From a virus (Duplodnaviria; Caudoviricetes): a stretch of 64,000 nucleotides of DNA. Under the pieces are notes generated by a model. That model worked only from the letters and a program-made list of their open reading frames with translations, was not told where the DNA came from and did no database searches. Location of the stretch: the IMG/VR virus record IMGVR_UViG_2521172672_000002, positions 6,931 through 70,930 of that record, one strand, 5' to 3'. A program made the translations under genes and the position numbers. Of the stretch, positions 28,701-36,977 are shown piece by piece; position 1 is the stretch's first letter; each line of letters starts with the position of its first letter.

Positions 28701-29221
28701 AGTACGGCGTTCGCCTGGGCGGTGACCTCCACACTCTGTTCAGTGGCCCGATTGAGCGTCTGAATATACTGGCTCGCCTCCAAAGAGGCTTTGGCCACGG
28801 CCAGAATCCTAGCCTGTTGCTCGTCAGCGGACTCAGCGGCACGACGCCCAGCCTGGGCACCGGCATCCGTGGCAGTAGTCAGCGCCTGCTGGACTTGCCC
28901 GGCCTGCGCGGCCTCAGCCCGGAATAAGCCCATGTTCGCTGCGGCGCTGCTGAATGCCGTGGATGCGCTGGTAACGGCGCGGCCCACGGTAGCCATCTGC
29001 TGCGCGAGTTCGGTCTGCTTGGCGTTGAGCGATTGCAGCTCCTGCACGATCTGCCGGGTGTCACCCTGCAGGCTGCCCAGCGCAGTCTCCCACGCGCGTC
29101 CGGTTCGCCCAGCCGACTCTTCGCTGCGCTTGCCGGCGTCCGTCAGTTGGTCGAGGTTATCCTTGGCCTCAACAGCATCACCGGAATCGATCTGAAGACC
29201 GAGGGAAGCAATGGTGGTCAT
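25748..29221 (-). CDS. Tail tape measure protein
   Basis: 1157 aa, Ala/Gln-rich; PAQFTDIVVSL.GGQ.PL.VLLQQGGQLKDMFGG; C-terminal GVMGEAGDEAVMPL. Confidence 0.95.
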   Translation of the reverse strand: MTTIASLGLQIDSGDAVEAKDNLDQLTDAGKRSEESAGRTGRAWETALGSLQGDTRQIVQELQSLNAKQTELAQQMATVGRAVTSASTAFSSAAANMGLFRAEAAQAGQVQQALTTATDAGAQAGRRAAESADEQQARILAVAKASLEASQYIQTLNRATEQSVEVTAQANAVLSDSASRQAAINSRAQALIATEERQAEAARKAAGAHREEGQALDELLGKIDPTVAALGRLDQMEQKLKGYRASGALDAETFGEYQTKIDQARTALGGADAALNKTGMSAKATAAALRNVPAQFTDIVVSLQGGQAPLTVLLQQGGQLKDMFGGVGPAVKALGGYVLGLVNPFTVAAAAVGVLGYAYYKGSEEAVGFQKALITSGNAAGTTADRLSGMAAQVSATVGTTGAAAEVLTQLAGSGKVAAGSFVEITEAALEWRDATGRAVEETVAEFVKIGKDPVAAAKDLNEQYNFLTASTYSQIVALKEQGDTIGAAKLLTDTYADTIKERSGQITDNLGLIEKAWKGIKAAAAGALDATYSVGREVTLAQQIEALERKLADPQSYSAIPIIGEDNPNLMERGSTREEDESRLRTLQLYRKEQEGIARSKADEARSQQAAIVAMGKVDALEKSAWTNAEKRAEKLKEYRKSLDDIREKNPNDERLKPERIARVEADIAKQFKDPAGRSKPLDLSGFNDQKNALGAILAEYKNHQKELDAAQKAGLISQESYAAQRAAIIEQQKAEVTNAYEAEIKALEQAKGRSSTSAQQRIQLDQKIADARAAMVKAQKDADTELSVLATNEQGRLAKQARAVQTYTDALGQQVTALRLQGQRSADGLGLGDRQRGLQDQQYGITDRINQQRLDLANQYGDGSRGMSLDEYSQKLAALNKTEKDLQETTIANYDQMTAAQGDWRKGASSAFQNYLEQARDVAGQTRSLFTNAFSSMEDAVVNFAMTGKFSFADFTKSILADMVRIETQRAASGLLGSLVSWGATAASAYFGGGGGNGMEAGSAGAVSSNLGASQAGYSSTYFPQALGGAWSNGVQLFANGGAFTNSIVSKPTAFGMAGGRMGVMGEAGDEAVMPLTRTAGGQLGVRAVGGGATSITLSAPVSLVMQDRSNEGMQLDQTLLQQNMQKQMQMAAERAVADSWRPGGVSHRNTSGRR

Positions 29222-29224
29222 GAT

Positions 29225-29541
29225 CTACTCCATGGATTCGGCCATGACGGCCAGGGCCTCGACTTCCATCACGCGGAGATCGGGAAAAATATCGGGAAGG
29301 TCGCGGCGCTTGATGCCCAGCATCGAGGCCGTGGTGGGGACGGCCGTGTAATCCAGCCCGGACGGGCCGCCAGGGCCGACTCGCCATTGCGTGCCCATTG
29401 CGTCGAACAGGCGGAAGGCAGGCCAGGCATCTGGCCACACCTCTACTTCATCTTCCGCAATGTCAGCCGGGGTCAGGCCTAGAGCCGCCAACTGCTCGGC
29501 AGAGGGACCCTGCTCATAGCACGCCCGGGCGGCCGCCCTTA
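29225..29541 (-). CDS. Tail assembly chaperone GT C-terminal part (DUF1799-like), reached by -1 frameshift
   Basis: VWPDAWPAF..F..M.TQWR.G.GG..GLDY; frame open from the slippery site. Confidence 0.85.
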
Positions 29542-29922
29542 GTTTCCCAAGCGGGCCGGGCTGTAGGCAGCCTGGAAGGCGTCGATGACGGCCTTTGGCG
29601 CCCCCGTACAGGTACGCGCCAGCTCAAGGATCGCTTTCTGGCTGAACTTGTCCTCCAAGTCCCACCCGGTAACGATTTCGCCCAGTTGCTCAGCCTGCAG
29701 AGCGATCTCGCCGGCGGTCACCTCTTCCCAAGTGGCGTTGTCGGCCTTGGCCTTCTCTGCCCAGGCGTCGCGCGCCTTGTTCCAGCGATCAAACATGCCA
29801 GCCAGCGTCACCCGGTCCATGTAGCGGAACTCGAATTCCACCGGCACCGACTCTCCACCGATTCGAGGCACCTGCACCTCGGCAGTAAAGGTCGGGTTCT
29901 GCGCGATTTTGATCTTCGCCAT
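29539..29922 (-). CDS. Tail assembly chaperone G
   Basis: NPTFTAEV.VP...ARLGN*, between major tail and tape measure genes. Confidence 0.9.
   Translation of the reverse strand: MAKIKIAQNPTFTAEVQVPRIGGESVPVEFEFRYMDRVTLAGMFDRWNKARDAWAEKAKADNATWEEVTAGEIALQAEQLGEIVTGWDLEDKFSQKAILELARTCTGAPKAVIDAFQAAYSPARLGN
29542..29548 (-). other. Programmed -1 frameshift slippery heptamer GGGAAAC
   Basis: TTG GGA AAC TAA at the end of G; the -1 frame reads CTA AGG GCG... into the GT ORF without a stop. Confidence 0.85.
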
Positions 29923-29931
29923 GAGGTTTCC

Positions 29932-30591
29932 TTAGGCAGCAGCCAGGTAGCGAACCGGACGGCCCGAGAGCGCGATGCTGATGGTTCGGGTCATCAGGTT
30001 GTTGCGCTCCATGGTCGGAGTGGTGGTGATGCTCACGTAGCCCGGATAGAGGATCTGGTCGCCGTTGGGCAGCTTGAGGCGGACGACCGTCAGCTCTTTG
30101 CTGTCGCCGTAGGCTTCGACCAGGCCCACGTAGGCAGCCGCTGGTTGATCCTCGACAGTGATCGACAAGGTGATGGGGTTGCGATTGGTGGGGAACTGGC
30201 GATCATCATCGTCCTCCAGGTACCCGACGGTGAGGTACTGCTGCTCGCCGCCGGAAGAGGTAAAGGCAGTCACCTTGGAGATCTGCGCCCAGTTGCTCAC
30301 CGGGATCACAGAGCCCACACCTGCGCCGGCGGTGTACTTGTCGGCGTTGGTGGTGTTCAGGCCGGCCATCGAGAACTTGTCAGTGGCAACACTGGCTGCG
30401 CGGACAGCGCGGTCGTTGATAAGCGACCAGCCGGAGCTGACAACCAGGACGTCGCCGTTCTTGATGTTGTGCCCCGCAGCGGTGGCCACGGGAGGAGCAG
30501 CGTTGGTCAGGGCAGTGAAGGCGACGGCAGCGGCGAGTACGCTGGCGATTTCCAGTACAGAGCCGTTCGGCAGCGGGAAGCGTGCGGCCAT
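29932..30591 (-). CDS. Major tail tube protein
   Basis: LPNGS, SGGEQQY..VGYLEDD...FPT.RNP; position before the chaperones. Confidence 0.9.
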   Translation of the reverse strand: MAARFPLPNGSVLEIASVLAAAVAFTALTNAAPPVATAAGHNIKNGDVLVVSSGWSLINDRAVRAASVATDKFSMAGLNTTNADKYTAGAGVGSVIPVSNWAQISKVTAFTSSGGEQQYLTVGYLEDDDDRQFPTNRNPITLSITVEDQPAAAYVGLVEAYGDSKELTVVRLKLPNGDQILYPGYVSITTTPTMERNNLMTRTISIALSGRPVRYLAAA

Positions 30592-30651
30592 GGGATTTTC
30601 CTCTTGGGTATAAACGAAAAAGCCCGCACGCGGCAGGCTGTGGAAGCGGGC

Positions 30652-30840
30652 TCAGACGTTCCAACTGAACGTGAGCCCCGCAAGAAATCGGCGCTTGATA
30701 TCGGCCTCCATGCGCTCTTTCGGGGTTTCTGTACGCAAGCCGACCGATGCGATCAAGGCGTCACGTATGACCACTTGACCATCCTGGATCAAGAACGGCG
30801 GCACAATCTCTGCTGGCTGAGTGGTGGGGGCATGATCCAC
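30652..30840 (-). CDS. Small protein with a DUF1983-like motif
   Basis: PFLIQDGQVVIRDALI resembles PFSVVGGQTFISDAYI near the J C-terminus. Confidence 0.5.
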   Translation of the reverse strand: MDHAPTTQPAEIVPPFLIQDGQVVIRDALIASVGLRTETPKERMEADIKRRFLAGLTFSWNV

Positions 30841-30860
30841 GGAAATGACCTCGAGTTTGG

Positions 30861-31274
30861 TTACTGGTCCGCGACGCCGCGGTAGGTGAAGCTGGTCGGG
30901 ACCGTATAGGTCGCCGACTCGGTGATGGTCGGGCCCTGCTCCAGTGGCTCGGTGAGCAGGCCTTCGAAGCCGCTGCGGCTTAGCTCTGTATCAACCCGGA
31001 ACAGGCTGCTCAGCTCGTCGACCAGTGATTCGGCAACGCCCAGGGGCTGGCCTGCCGGGCAAACGATGCTGATCTGGTAGACGCCGGTGTATTCGTAGGC
31101 GTCGCCGCCCAGGTATCGGCAGGTGGTGCTGGCCGGCAGCAAGTAGGCTCGAAGGTAGGTCTCGCCGGACCCGGCCTCGAATCCCTCTTCGAAGTTGGCG
31201 ACCCGAATCGGGCGCGCCGTCGCCCAGGCCATCAGCTTGATCTCGATGGCCTGGCGGGCTCGTGCATGGCTCAT
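30861..31274 (-). CDS. Tail terminator-like protein (DUF4128-type)
   Basis: MSHARARQAIE...YLRAYLLPA.T...YTGVYQISIV.PAG; now also in frame with the scaffold fragment. Confidence 0.85.
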   Translation of the reverse strand: MSHARARQAIEIKLMAWATARPIRVANFEEGFEAGSGETYLRAYLLPASTTCRYLGGDAYEYTGVYQISIVCPAGQPLGVAESLVDELSSLFRVDTELSRSGFEGLLTEPLEQGPTITESATYTVPTSFTYRGVADQ

Positions 31275-31441
31275 ACGCTGTTGTTCCTGATGGCTTCGTC
31301 GACGATGTGCTGGAAGTTGGCCAGGGTGACCCGGACCATGCCGGCTGGGGCCTGGGTTGAATGCCCGTATTCCAGCGGAATCGCATATGGCAGATTGTTC
31401 ACGATGTAGGCCGTCTGGCCGACGGTCAGCGCCTGCACCTG
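31271..31441 (-). pseudogene. HK97 gp10-like head-tail protein, C-terminal 56 codons only
   Basis: QVQALTVGQTAYIVNNLPYAIPLEYGHSTQAPAGMVRVT...* with no start codon. Confidence 0.85.
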
Positions 31442-31442
31442 G

Positions 31443-31574
31443 CTTGGACTTGAGGCCCGAGACCTCCACGTCCAGGAATTTCTGTACCTCTCCGCCGAGC
31501 GCCGCCTTCAGCGCGGCAGTTTGGGTTTCGTCGAGGGTCAGGCCGTGGGCGGCCGGGTCGAAGTCAAAAGGCAT
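31443..31574 (-). pseudogene. Capsid scaffold-like protein, N-terminal 44 codons only
   Basis: AAGGGGA RBS; MPFDFDPAAHGL...EVSGLKSK, then an abrupt switch to gp10 sequence; position after the head morphogenesis gene. Confidence 0.7.
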
Positions 31575-31665
31575 GTGGCTATCCCCTTGGGACTGGTTGG
31601 CCCGCCTTGCGGGCATAAAAAAACCCCGGCATTGCCGAGGTTGCTTGAGTTAGGGGTTAGGTCTG

Positions 31666-32016
31666 CTAGAGATGTATTCCATGCCTAGCCAGATAATCCA
31701 AAATTGGAGTGAGCCTAGTCGGCCCCATACCCTTCAGGGCCCTTAGTTGCTTCTTGCTCATCACTCGCAATTGGCCGAAAGTTCGAACATCGTTGTTCGC
31801 AAGCGAGTTGTAGGAAAGTCCGAGATTTGCGTGATAGAGATCAAAATCGTCTGGGGGTTGAGAATGGGACATAGATTCGGCCTGCTGCACAAGAGCATTC
31901 TTGAGCTCGTTGGCCGCAGCCAGAGACTGGCATTCGACGACCGTCTTGATAGCCTTCCCATCGTAACGGGTAATGATGTACCGGGTGACCTCCCGGACTT
32001 GGAACTCGGGCTGCAT
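31666..32016 (-). CDS. Moron with RNA polymerase alpha-CTD-like helix-hairpin-helix domain
   Basis: SYNSLANNDVRTFGQLRVMSKKQLRALKGMGPTRLTPILDYLARHGIHL parallels the alpha-CTD pattern N.L....I....L.......L....N.G...L..I...L...G..L. Confidence 0.7.
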   Translation of the reverse strand: MQPEFQVREVTRYIITRYDGKAIKTVVECQSLAAANELKNALVQQAESMSHSQPPDDFDLYHANLGLSYNSLANNDVRTFGQLRVMSKKQLRALKGMGPTRLTPILDYLARHGIHL

Positions 32017-32112
32017 AATCTATCTCCGGCCTGCGCACAGGCTGAGTTAAGGGCATTTTAAGGGCCTCGGATATTAACCGAGGCGTCATTTGCCTTCAAC
32101 GCTGCGCAATTC

Positions 32113-33207
32113 TCACGATATGCCCGCACTATGAAAGATCTGTGGCTCTAGCTGTTTGACCTGGGCGAGCGTCAGCGGCTTGAAGTTCTTGTCCAACTGC
32201 AGCGAGGCGAAACGCTCAGCCGTGAGGCCTCCGTCTCGGAACAGCTTTGCACGCACCGGGCCCAGCGCCGCGTCCTGGAACGCCGCAGACTGCGTCTTGA
32301 GCCATTGGTAGTAGCTGAGGCTGGCCGAGACCTGCGCGCCGCCAGAGGCGCCCACTGAGGCGCGTGTGGCACCCTTAGCGAATGCGGCCGACAGCTTGGT
32401 GATCGGCGTAATGGTCGTCCGGCAGTTGACGTGGAATGGCGGAACCGGCCCCTTCCCTATCTCAAACTCGCGTCCGTCCAGGCTTTTGCACTGCTGGCTG
32501 GTCTTCCGGTCGAGGGTGGCCACGATCCGGTAGCCCGGGACGAACTCGGCGTTTGCGGCCAGCGTCTCCATGCGTGCCGTTGCAGACACATGCTGCACGG
32601 CGGTGTGCACCACCGAACGAGCGTTGCGGTTACTGACCGCCAGCACCCCATCGGTGAAGTTTTGTGCGGCCGTGCCGCGTATAGCCTGGGTGATCTCTGC
32701 GTTGGTCTGACCCTGCACCACGCCAAGGCGGATGGCATTGGTCACCCGGGTAGACTCAGTGCGCGTCCAGCCGCTCAGGAAGGGCTTTAGCAGCGTACCG
32801 CCGTCGATCCCTGCCACCTGAAGAGGCTGCGTATTGATCGCGGCTCGGATCAGCGAGTCGGTCGGCATGATGGCATCGATGAGCAGTGCCTTCGCCAGGC
32901 TACGGCTTTCGAACGCGGCTAGGTACTGCGCGATGTCGACCAGGTCGGCCTGCATGCGGTCGCCGAAGGCTTGATAGATGCCCAGTAGCTTCCCGCCGAC
33001 TCTCGACAGGAATTCTTCCAACCGGCTCCGGCTGTAGGTGGTCAGCTCGCGGCGCGTGAGCTGGTCCCGCACCTGGGTATCCACCTGGCGCAGCACTGTT
33101 TCAAACTTCTTCACCTCACCCGCTTTAAGCCGCTCCAGCAGCACCGCGTGCCGACTGACCTGTTCCAGCAGCATCTCGTCCGCCGTTTGCGTCGGTTTTG
33201 TCGTCAT
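32113..33207 (-). CDS. Head morphogenesis protein (SPP1 gp7 / Mu F family)
   Basis: ATLDRKTSQQCKSLDG and PPFHVNCRT. Confidence 0.92.
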   Translation of the reverse strand: MTTKPTQTADEMLLEQVSRHAVLLERLKAGEVKKFETVLRQVDTQVRDQLTRRELTTYSRSRLEEFLSRVGGKLLGIYQAFGDRMQADLVDIAQYLAAFESRSLAKALLIDAIMPTDSLIRAAINTQPLQVAGIDGGTLLKPFLSGWTRTESTRVTNAIRLGVVQGQTNAEITQAIRGTAAQNFTDGVLAVSNRNARSVVHTAVQHVSATARMETLAANAEFVPGYRIVATLDRKTSQQCKSLDGREFEIGKGPVPPFHVNCRTTITPITKLSAAFAKGATRASVGASGGAQVSASLSYYQWLKTQSAAFQDAALGPVRAKLFRDGGLTAERFASLQLDKNFKPLTLAQVKQLEPQIFHSAGIS

Positions 33208-34585
33208 CGTCGGTGTCCAGGTTGATGCCGGCTGACTCGCGCTCGTCGCTGATCAGCTCGGCCTCTTCGTCGTAGGCCCGCTCAGGCAGCTTGCCAGTGG
33301 TGAGGTACTGCCAGTAGGTGTCGGCGCTGATGGTTCCGGCCATGACGCCCTTCTGCAGCTCGGCCAGCACCTGGGCGTTGACCTCAGGGATCACAAACTC
33401 AGGCTTAACCGTGAAGACCACGTCGTCCGGGTTGTAGCCGGTCCATTCAGCGGCATACCGCAAGGCCTGCTCAATAGCCGACGCTGCGGTGATGACGATG
33501 CTGTGCAGCGTGGCGTGCTGGTCGTTCTGGCGGGTCTTGCGGGCCTCGCCTGATTCAGTGCCGGACACGTCCATGACCTTGGCGCCAGCTTCGAGGGCTG
33601 CGCTCTTCTGGTCAGACATGGCCGTTCGGACAGCCTCAACGCCTGCCCCTTGGAACTCCAGATAGCCGCACTGACCCTTGGGTCCGAGATCCCAAGCTGC
33701 AGACGGCCCGGTCACGCTGAGCTCCACGCTTTCGTCCAGGCCGGACACCCACGGCTGTGGATGGCTGGTCTGGTGCAGAGCGGTGAAGTAGTCAGCGCTG
33801 AGCTGGTACGACTTCAGCGCAGCCCTGGCCATGGTCAGCAGCGGGATCTCGTCCACGTCCGGTGAGTTATCGGTCGAGCCGCAGTAGATGACCGGGATGT
33901 ACTCGAGCCCACGCACCAGCTGGTTGCCAGCGCCAACGGTGCCAAGGGGGCGCTCATCATCGATGAGTTCGCCTGCTTCATTGCGCACAGCCGTGTAGCA
34001 GACTTGCCCCTGCATGAAGAACTCGCGGTAGACCGTCTGGCACTCATGGCTGTAGCGGTCCTCCGCCTTCTTGCGGAACTCGCGGAACACGGCCAGCACC
34101 AGGTCCTGGCGCCCGCCTTGATCGGCGGTATCCCAGTTAATGCCGTTCCGAGCAGCGTAGGTTGCAAAGTAAGGCTGGCCCTGGTCGTCCACGTTGACCA
34201 CAAGCGGCACACGCCCGTGGGAGATCGTCTGCCGGACGATGCGCAGGAAGAGTTGAGTCAGGCCGAAGCCGTCGGCGGTGGCGTTCTCTTCGACGCCCTT
34301 GAGCCCACTGGGCAGCTTCACCTCAGGAATGAGCCGGGAGACCAGGCCCATCATCGAGCGCAGCGAATCGCGCACCCAGTGCTCGTACTGCGCCCGCGCT
34401 GTGTAGTTCTGATAGAGATAGGCATTGCCCTGGCCATCCAGCTTTTCAGCCTCGACCATGCCGCTTGGCTTGGGCAGGTTGCGTGGACTGCCCTTGATGG
34501 CGCACTCGCCTTCCAGAGCATCGTCCATCATCCGCCACTCTTCGATGTGAGCGTCGTACTCTGGGTTGGTGGATTGAACAGGCAT
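33125..34585 (-). CDS. Portal protein (DUF4055-type)
   Basis: Between TerL and head morphogenesis; PLLTMA...YQLSADY...LH...PQP and ESGEA motifs. Confidence 0.88.
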   Translation of the reverse strand: MPVQSTNPEYDAHIEEWRMMDDALEGECAIKGSPRNLPKPSGMVEAEKLDGQGNAYLYQNYTARAQYEHWVRDSLRSMMGLVSRLIPEVKLPSGLKGVEENATADGFGLTQLFLRIVRQTISHGRVPLVVNVDDQGQPYFATYAARNGINWDTADQGGRQDLVLAVFREFRKKAEDRYSHECQTVYREFFMQGQVCYTAVRNEAGELIDDERPLGTVGAGNQLVRGLEYIPVIYCGSTDNSPDVDEIPLLTMARAALKSYQLSADYFTALHQTSHPQPWVSGLDESVELSVTGPSAAWDLGPKGQCGYLEFQGAGVEAVRTAMSDQKSAALEAGAKVMDVSGTESGEARKTRQNDQHATLHSIVITAASAIEQALRYAAEWTGYNPDDVVFTVKPEFVIPEVNAQVLAELQKGVMAGTISADTYWQYLTTGKLPERAYDEEAELISDERESAGINLDTDDDDKTDANGGRDAAGTGQSARGAAGAA

Positions 34586-36075
34586 TACGCCAAACCTCCG
34601 ATGCGGCGACTGCCGCCTGTGCGTTTACGTCGCGCCATGGCAACGGCGAAATAGCGGAACCCGTCTGCCGGGTGGGATGACCAGTCATGCAGGGGCTTGT
34701 CTTTCCAGCATCCGCGCTTGTCATCCCACTCCTTGCGGTAACTCTCCAGGGCGGTGATGCCCTCTTCGCATTTGGATTGGTCGAAGGCGCAGTTCGGCAG
34801 AACTTCGCGCACTTGCTCGATGCCTTCGTCAACTCCCAGCTTCGGCACGACCTTGAATATCAGGCTGTACTTCTGGCCGTCGATCTCGTAGCCCTCACGC
34901 GCGAGTTCGCGTCGAGTCTTGCCGTCGCTACCAAATTCCCTGTTGTCGATGTCGTGCGGCCCCCAGTGCTCCCCGTAGGCGTAGCCCCGATCCTTGAGCA
35001 CCTTCATGTAGTGCCGCAGGCCCTCGCCGCTGTTCTGGTAGAAGTCGATGACGTGGAATTCTTCGCCGACGATCCGGACGAACCAGATGGCCGTGGAGTC
35101 GCCCACACCGATGTCCCAGAACGTGTGCACCGGTAGGTGGCTGTTGTCTGGCAGCTTGCCGATGCGCTGTGCGGCGTAGAGCTTGGTGAACTGCTTCGCG
35201 TAGTAGGCGCCCTCGATCGTCTGCTGGAATGCCTCGGCAGGGATCGACGGGTACTCGCGCTTCATGTCGTCGCCGAGGGTCTTTTCCTTGGCGCTGTACC
35301 AGGCGCGCTGGCCCGGGTTGGTGACGATGCCGTGCTTGGCGGTCAGGTCGTCGAAGTACTTGGTCAGGCGGTCGGGGATGACCACGCCGGTCGGGTCCAG
35401 CCAGTACAGCGGGTTGCGCCACCAGCTGAAGAAGAAGAACTTCCAGTCGAGCAGGCCCAGGGGCACCCCGGCCAGTTGCTGCTTCTCAGCGGACTGGCTG
35501 TAGTCGAAGAAGTAGCCCGCCCGCCCCTCCGCCGTCGACTCGATCGTAACGAAACACTCTGCGGCGACAGCCTCGAAGGCGCCGGTGACGATCTCTCGGG
35601 CTTTGTGGGGAAACTTGGCACAGATCTTCCCGAACTCGGATACGTGCAGATACCGTAGAGTCCCGCCCCGAAAGGATGTGGACACGTAGAGCGATCCGCC
35701 TTTGCTGAACACAAGCTCGCCAGCAGCATCGTTGCGAGCAGGATTAGCAGCGCGTATTTCCTTGGGAAGGTGGTCGTACGCATACTTGATCTTCTCGCGG
35801 AAAAGCCGCTTGGCGTCGTTCAGGGTGTGGGCGATCAGGGCGCACTTGGCAGCCTCGAATAGCGCGGCGTCGAGTTGGACGATGCAGACCAGGGTGGTAA
35901 ACCCTAACTGCCGAGCCTTGAGGATGATGTTGCGGGTGTGCATCCCCTGGAAGTAGTCGATCTGCTCCTGCGTCATGCGGAAGCGGACCTTCTTGCCCTG
36001 CTTGTCCGTGATGAAGTACAGGTTGTTCAGCCGCCAGAACCGGTCCCGAAGCAGTTTCATGTGCTCGGGCTTCAT
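34585..36075 (-). CDS. terL: Terminase large subunit
   Basis: ILKARQLGFTT Walker A, LHVSE Walker B, ESTAEG, WDIGVGD and SHPADGFRY. Confidence 0.95.
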   Translation of the reverse strand: MKPEHMKLLRDRFWRLNNLYFITDKQGKKVRFRMTQEQIDYFQGMHTRNIILKARQLGFTTLVCIVQLDAALFEAAKCALIAHTLNDAKRLFREKIKYAYDHLPKEIRAANPARNDAAGELVFSKGGSLYVSTSFRGGTLRYLHVSEFGKICAKFPHKAREIVTGAFEAVAAECFVTIESTAEGRAGYFFDYSQSAEKQQLAGVPLGLLDWKFFFFSWWRNPLYWLDPTGVVIPDRLTKYFDDLTAKHGIVTNPGQRAWYSAKEKTLGDDMKREYPSIPAEAFQQTIEGAYYAKQFTKLYAAQRIGKLPDNSHLPVHTFWDIGVGDSTAIWFVRIVGEEFHVIDFYQNSGEGLRHYMKVLKDRGYAYGEHWGPHDIDNREFGSDGKTRRELAREGYEIDGQKYSLIFKVVPKLGVDEGIEQVREVLPNCAFDQSKCEEGITALESYRKEWDDKRGCWKDKPLHDWSSHPADGFRYFAVAMARRKRTGGSRRIGGLA

Positions 36076-36077
36076 GG

Positions 36078-36671
36078 TCAGGCATCCTTCGATAGTTCAT
36101 CCATCAGCTGCGACAGTTCGTCGGCGTCTTTTGACTGCTCCTTGTCGTCCAGGCCGAATGCAGTGCGCTCGAGCAGCTGCAGGTTCTTCATAGCCGACGA
36201 CAGCTGGAAAAGGGTCTTGGCGTTACTGGGCAGGGCCACGGCGGCGAGCATTGAGCTCCGGCGGAAGCCGCTCTCATCATCGGCGGTCTCGCGCTCGATT
36301 TCGTCTTCGATGTCCTCACGCCGTTTGATGGTGGTGAGCAAGTCATCCATCAGCAGGTTCGCAAGGTTCGCGGCTTTGCGAATGTCGCGGCGATGACTGC
36401 GAACGACCGTCGCGCCCTCTTCCGCCGCCTCTTCGATGATCTCCGCGTCCCGCTCAGGGTTCGCGCATTGGTCTTCGCGAACCTCGCCGCGAACCAACTT
36501 GTTGCGAACCTCTTTGCGGACTTGCTCGGAAAGGTCCCGCTCCCAGCCCAAGGCCTTGGCCTTCTTCCTGATAGCGGTGTCGCTCACCCCGTTACGGTCA
36601 GCGATGGTGCGGATGGAAAGCGCCCCAGCCCGGAAGGCTCGTTCGATCGCCTCCCAGTCGGGTTGCTTCAT
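36078..36671 (-). CDS. terS: Terminase small subunit
   Basis: PDWEAIE...SIRTIA...GVSDTAIRKKAK..GW HTH, directly upstream of terL. Confidence 0.88.
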   Translation of the reverse strand: MKQPDWEAIERAFRAGALSIRTIADRNGVSDTAIRKKAKALGWERDLSEQVRKEVRNKLVRGEVREDQCANPERDAEIIEEAAEEGATVVRSHRRDIRKAANLANLLMDDLLTTIKRREDIEDEIERETADDESGFRRSSMLAAVALPSNAKTLFQLSSAMKNLQLLERTAFGLDDKEQSKDADELSQLMDELSKDA

Positions 36672-36688
36672 TATGTAGCTCCGTTAAG

Positions 36689-36895
36689 TCAGTCCCTGGA
36701 CGCTGGTTGACGATGCGCTTTTTCAAGCACCGATAGTTTGAAATCGCGGCTATGGCTCTCTGCCCCATCATTCCATTCACATCGCGCCCACAGGGCAGGA
36801 TCAGATTTGTACTCACGCGGCCCTAAATGTGTGATGCGCATTACGCAATCAACACCGGGATGAGTCACCCAGTCGCCTACCTTGAGATCTTCCAC
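36689..36895 (-). CDS. YodC/DUF2158-like small protein
   Basis: LKVGDWV...M.I...CEW..G....DF....LE. Confidence 0.6.
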   Translation of the reverse strand: MEDLKVGDWVTHPGVDCVMRITHLGPREYKSDPALWARCEWNDGAESHSRDFKLSVLEKAHRQPASRD

Positions 36896-36977
36896 TTTTT
36901 GTTCTCTATTTGCCTTTTTAGGAACATATGGTCACTTCGTCCGACTTGCAAGGAGTCGGCATAAGTATCTCAGAGCC

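Noticed and set aside
29398-30885. 495-aa plus-strand ORF
   Set aside because: Antisense shadow of well-supported tail genes in GC-rich, codon-biased DNA; no motifs
30861-31616. Single native 251-aa gene as given in the ORF track
   Set aside because: Chimera created by the deletion: scaffold N-terminus, off-frame gp10 sequence and tail terminator
33125-33207. Portal / head morphogenesis overlap as a frameshift lesion
   Set aside because: Both ORFs are full length with intact motifs; a low-complexity overlapping tail is unremarkable
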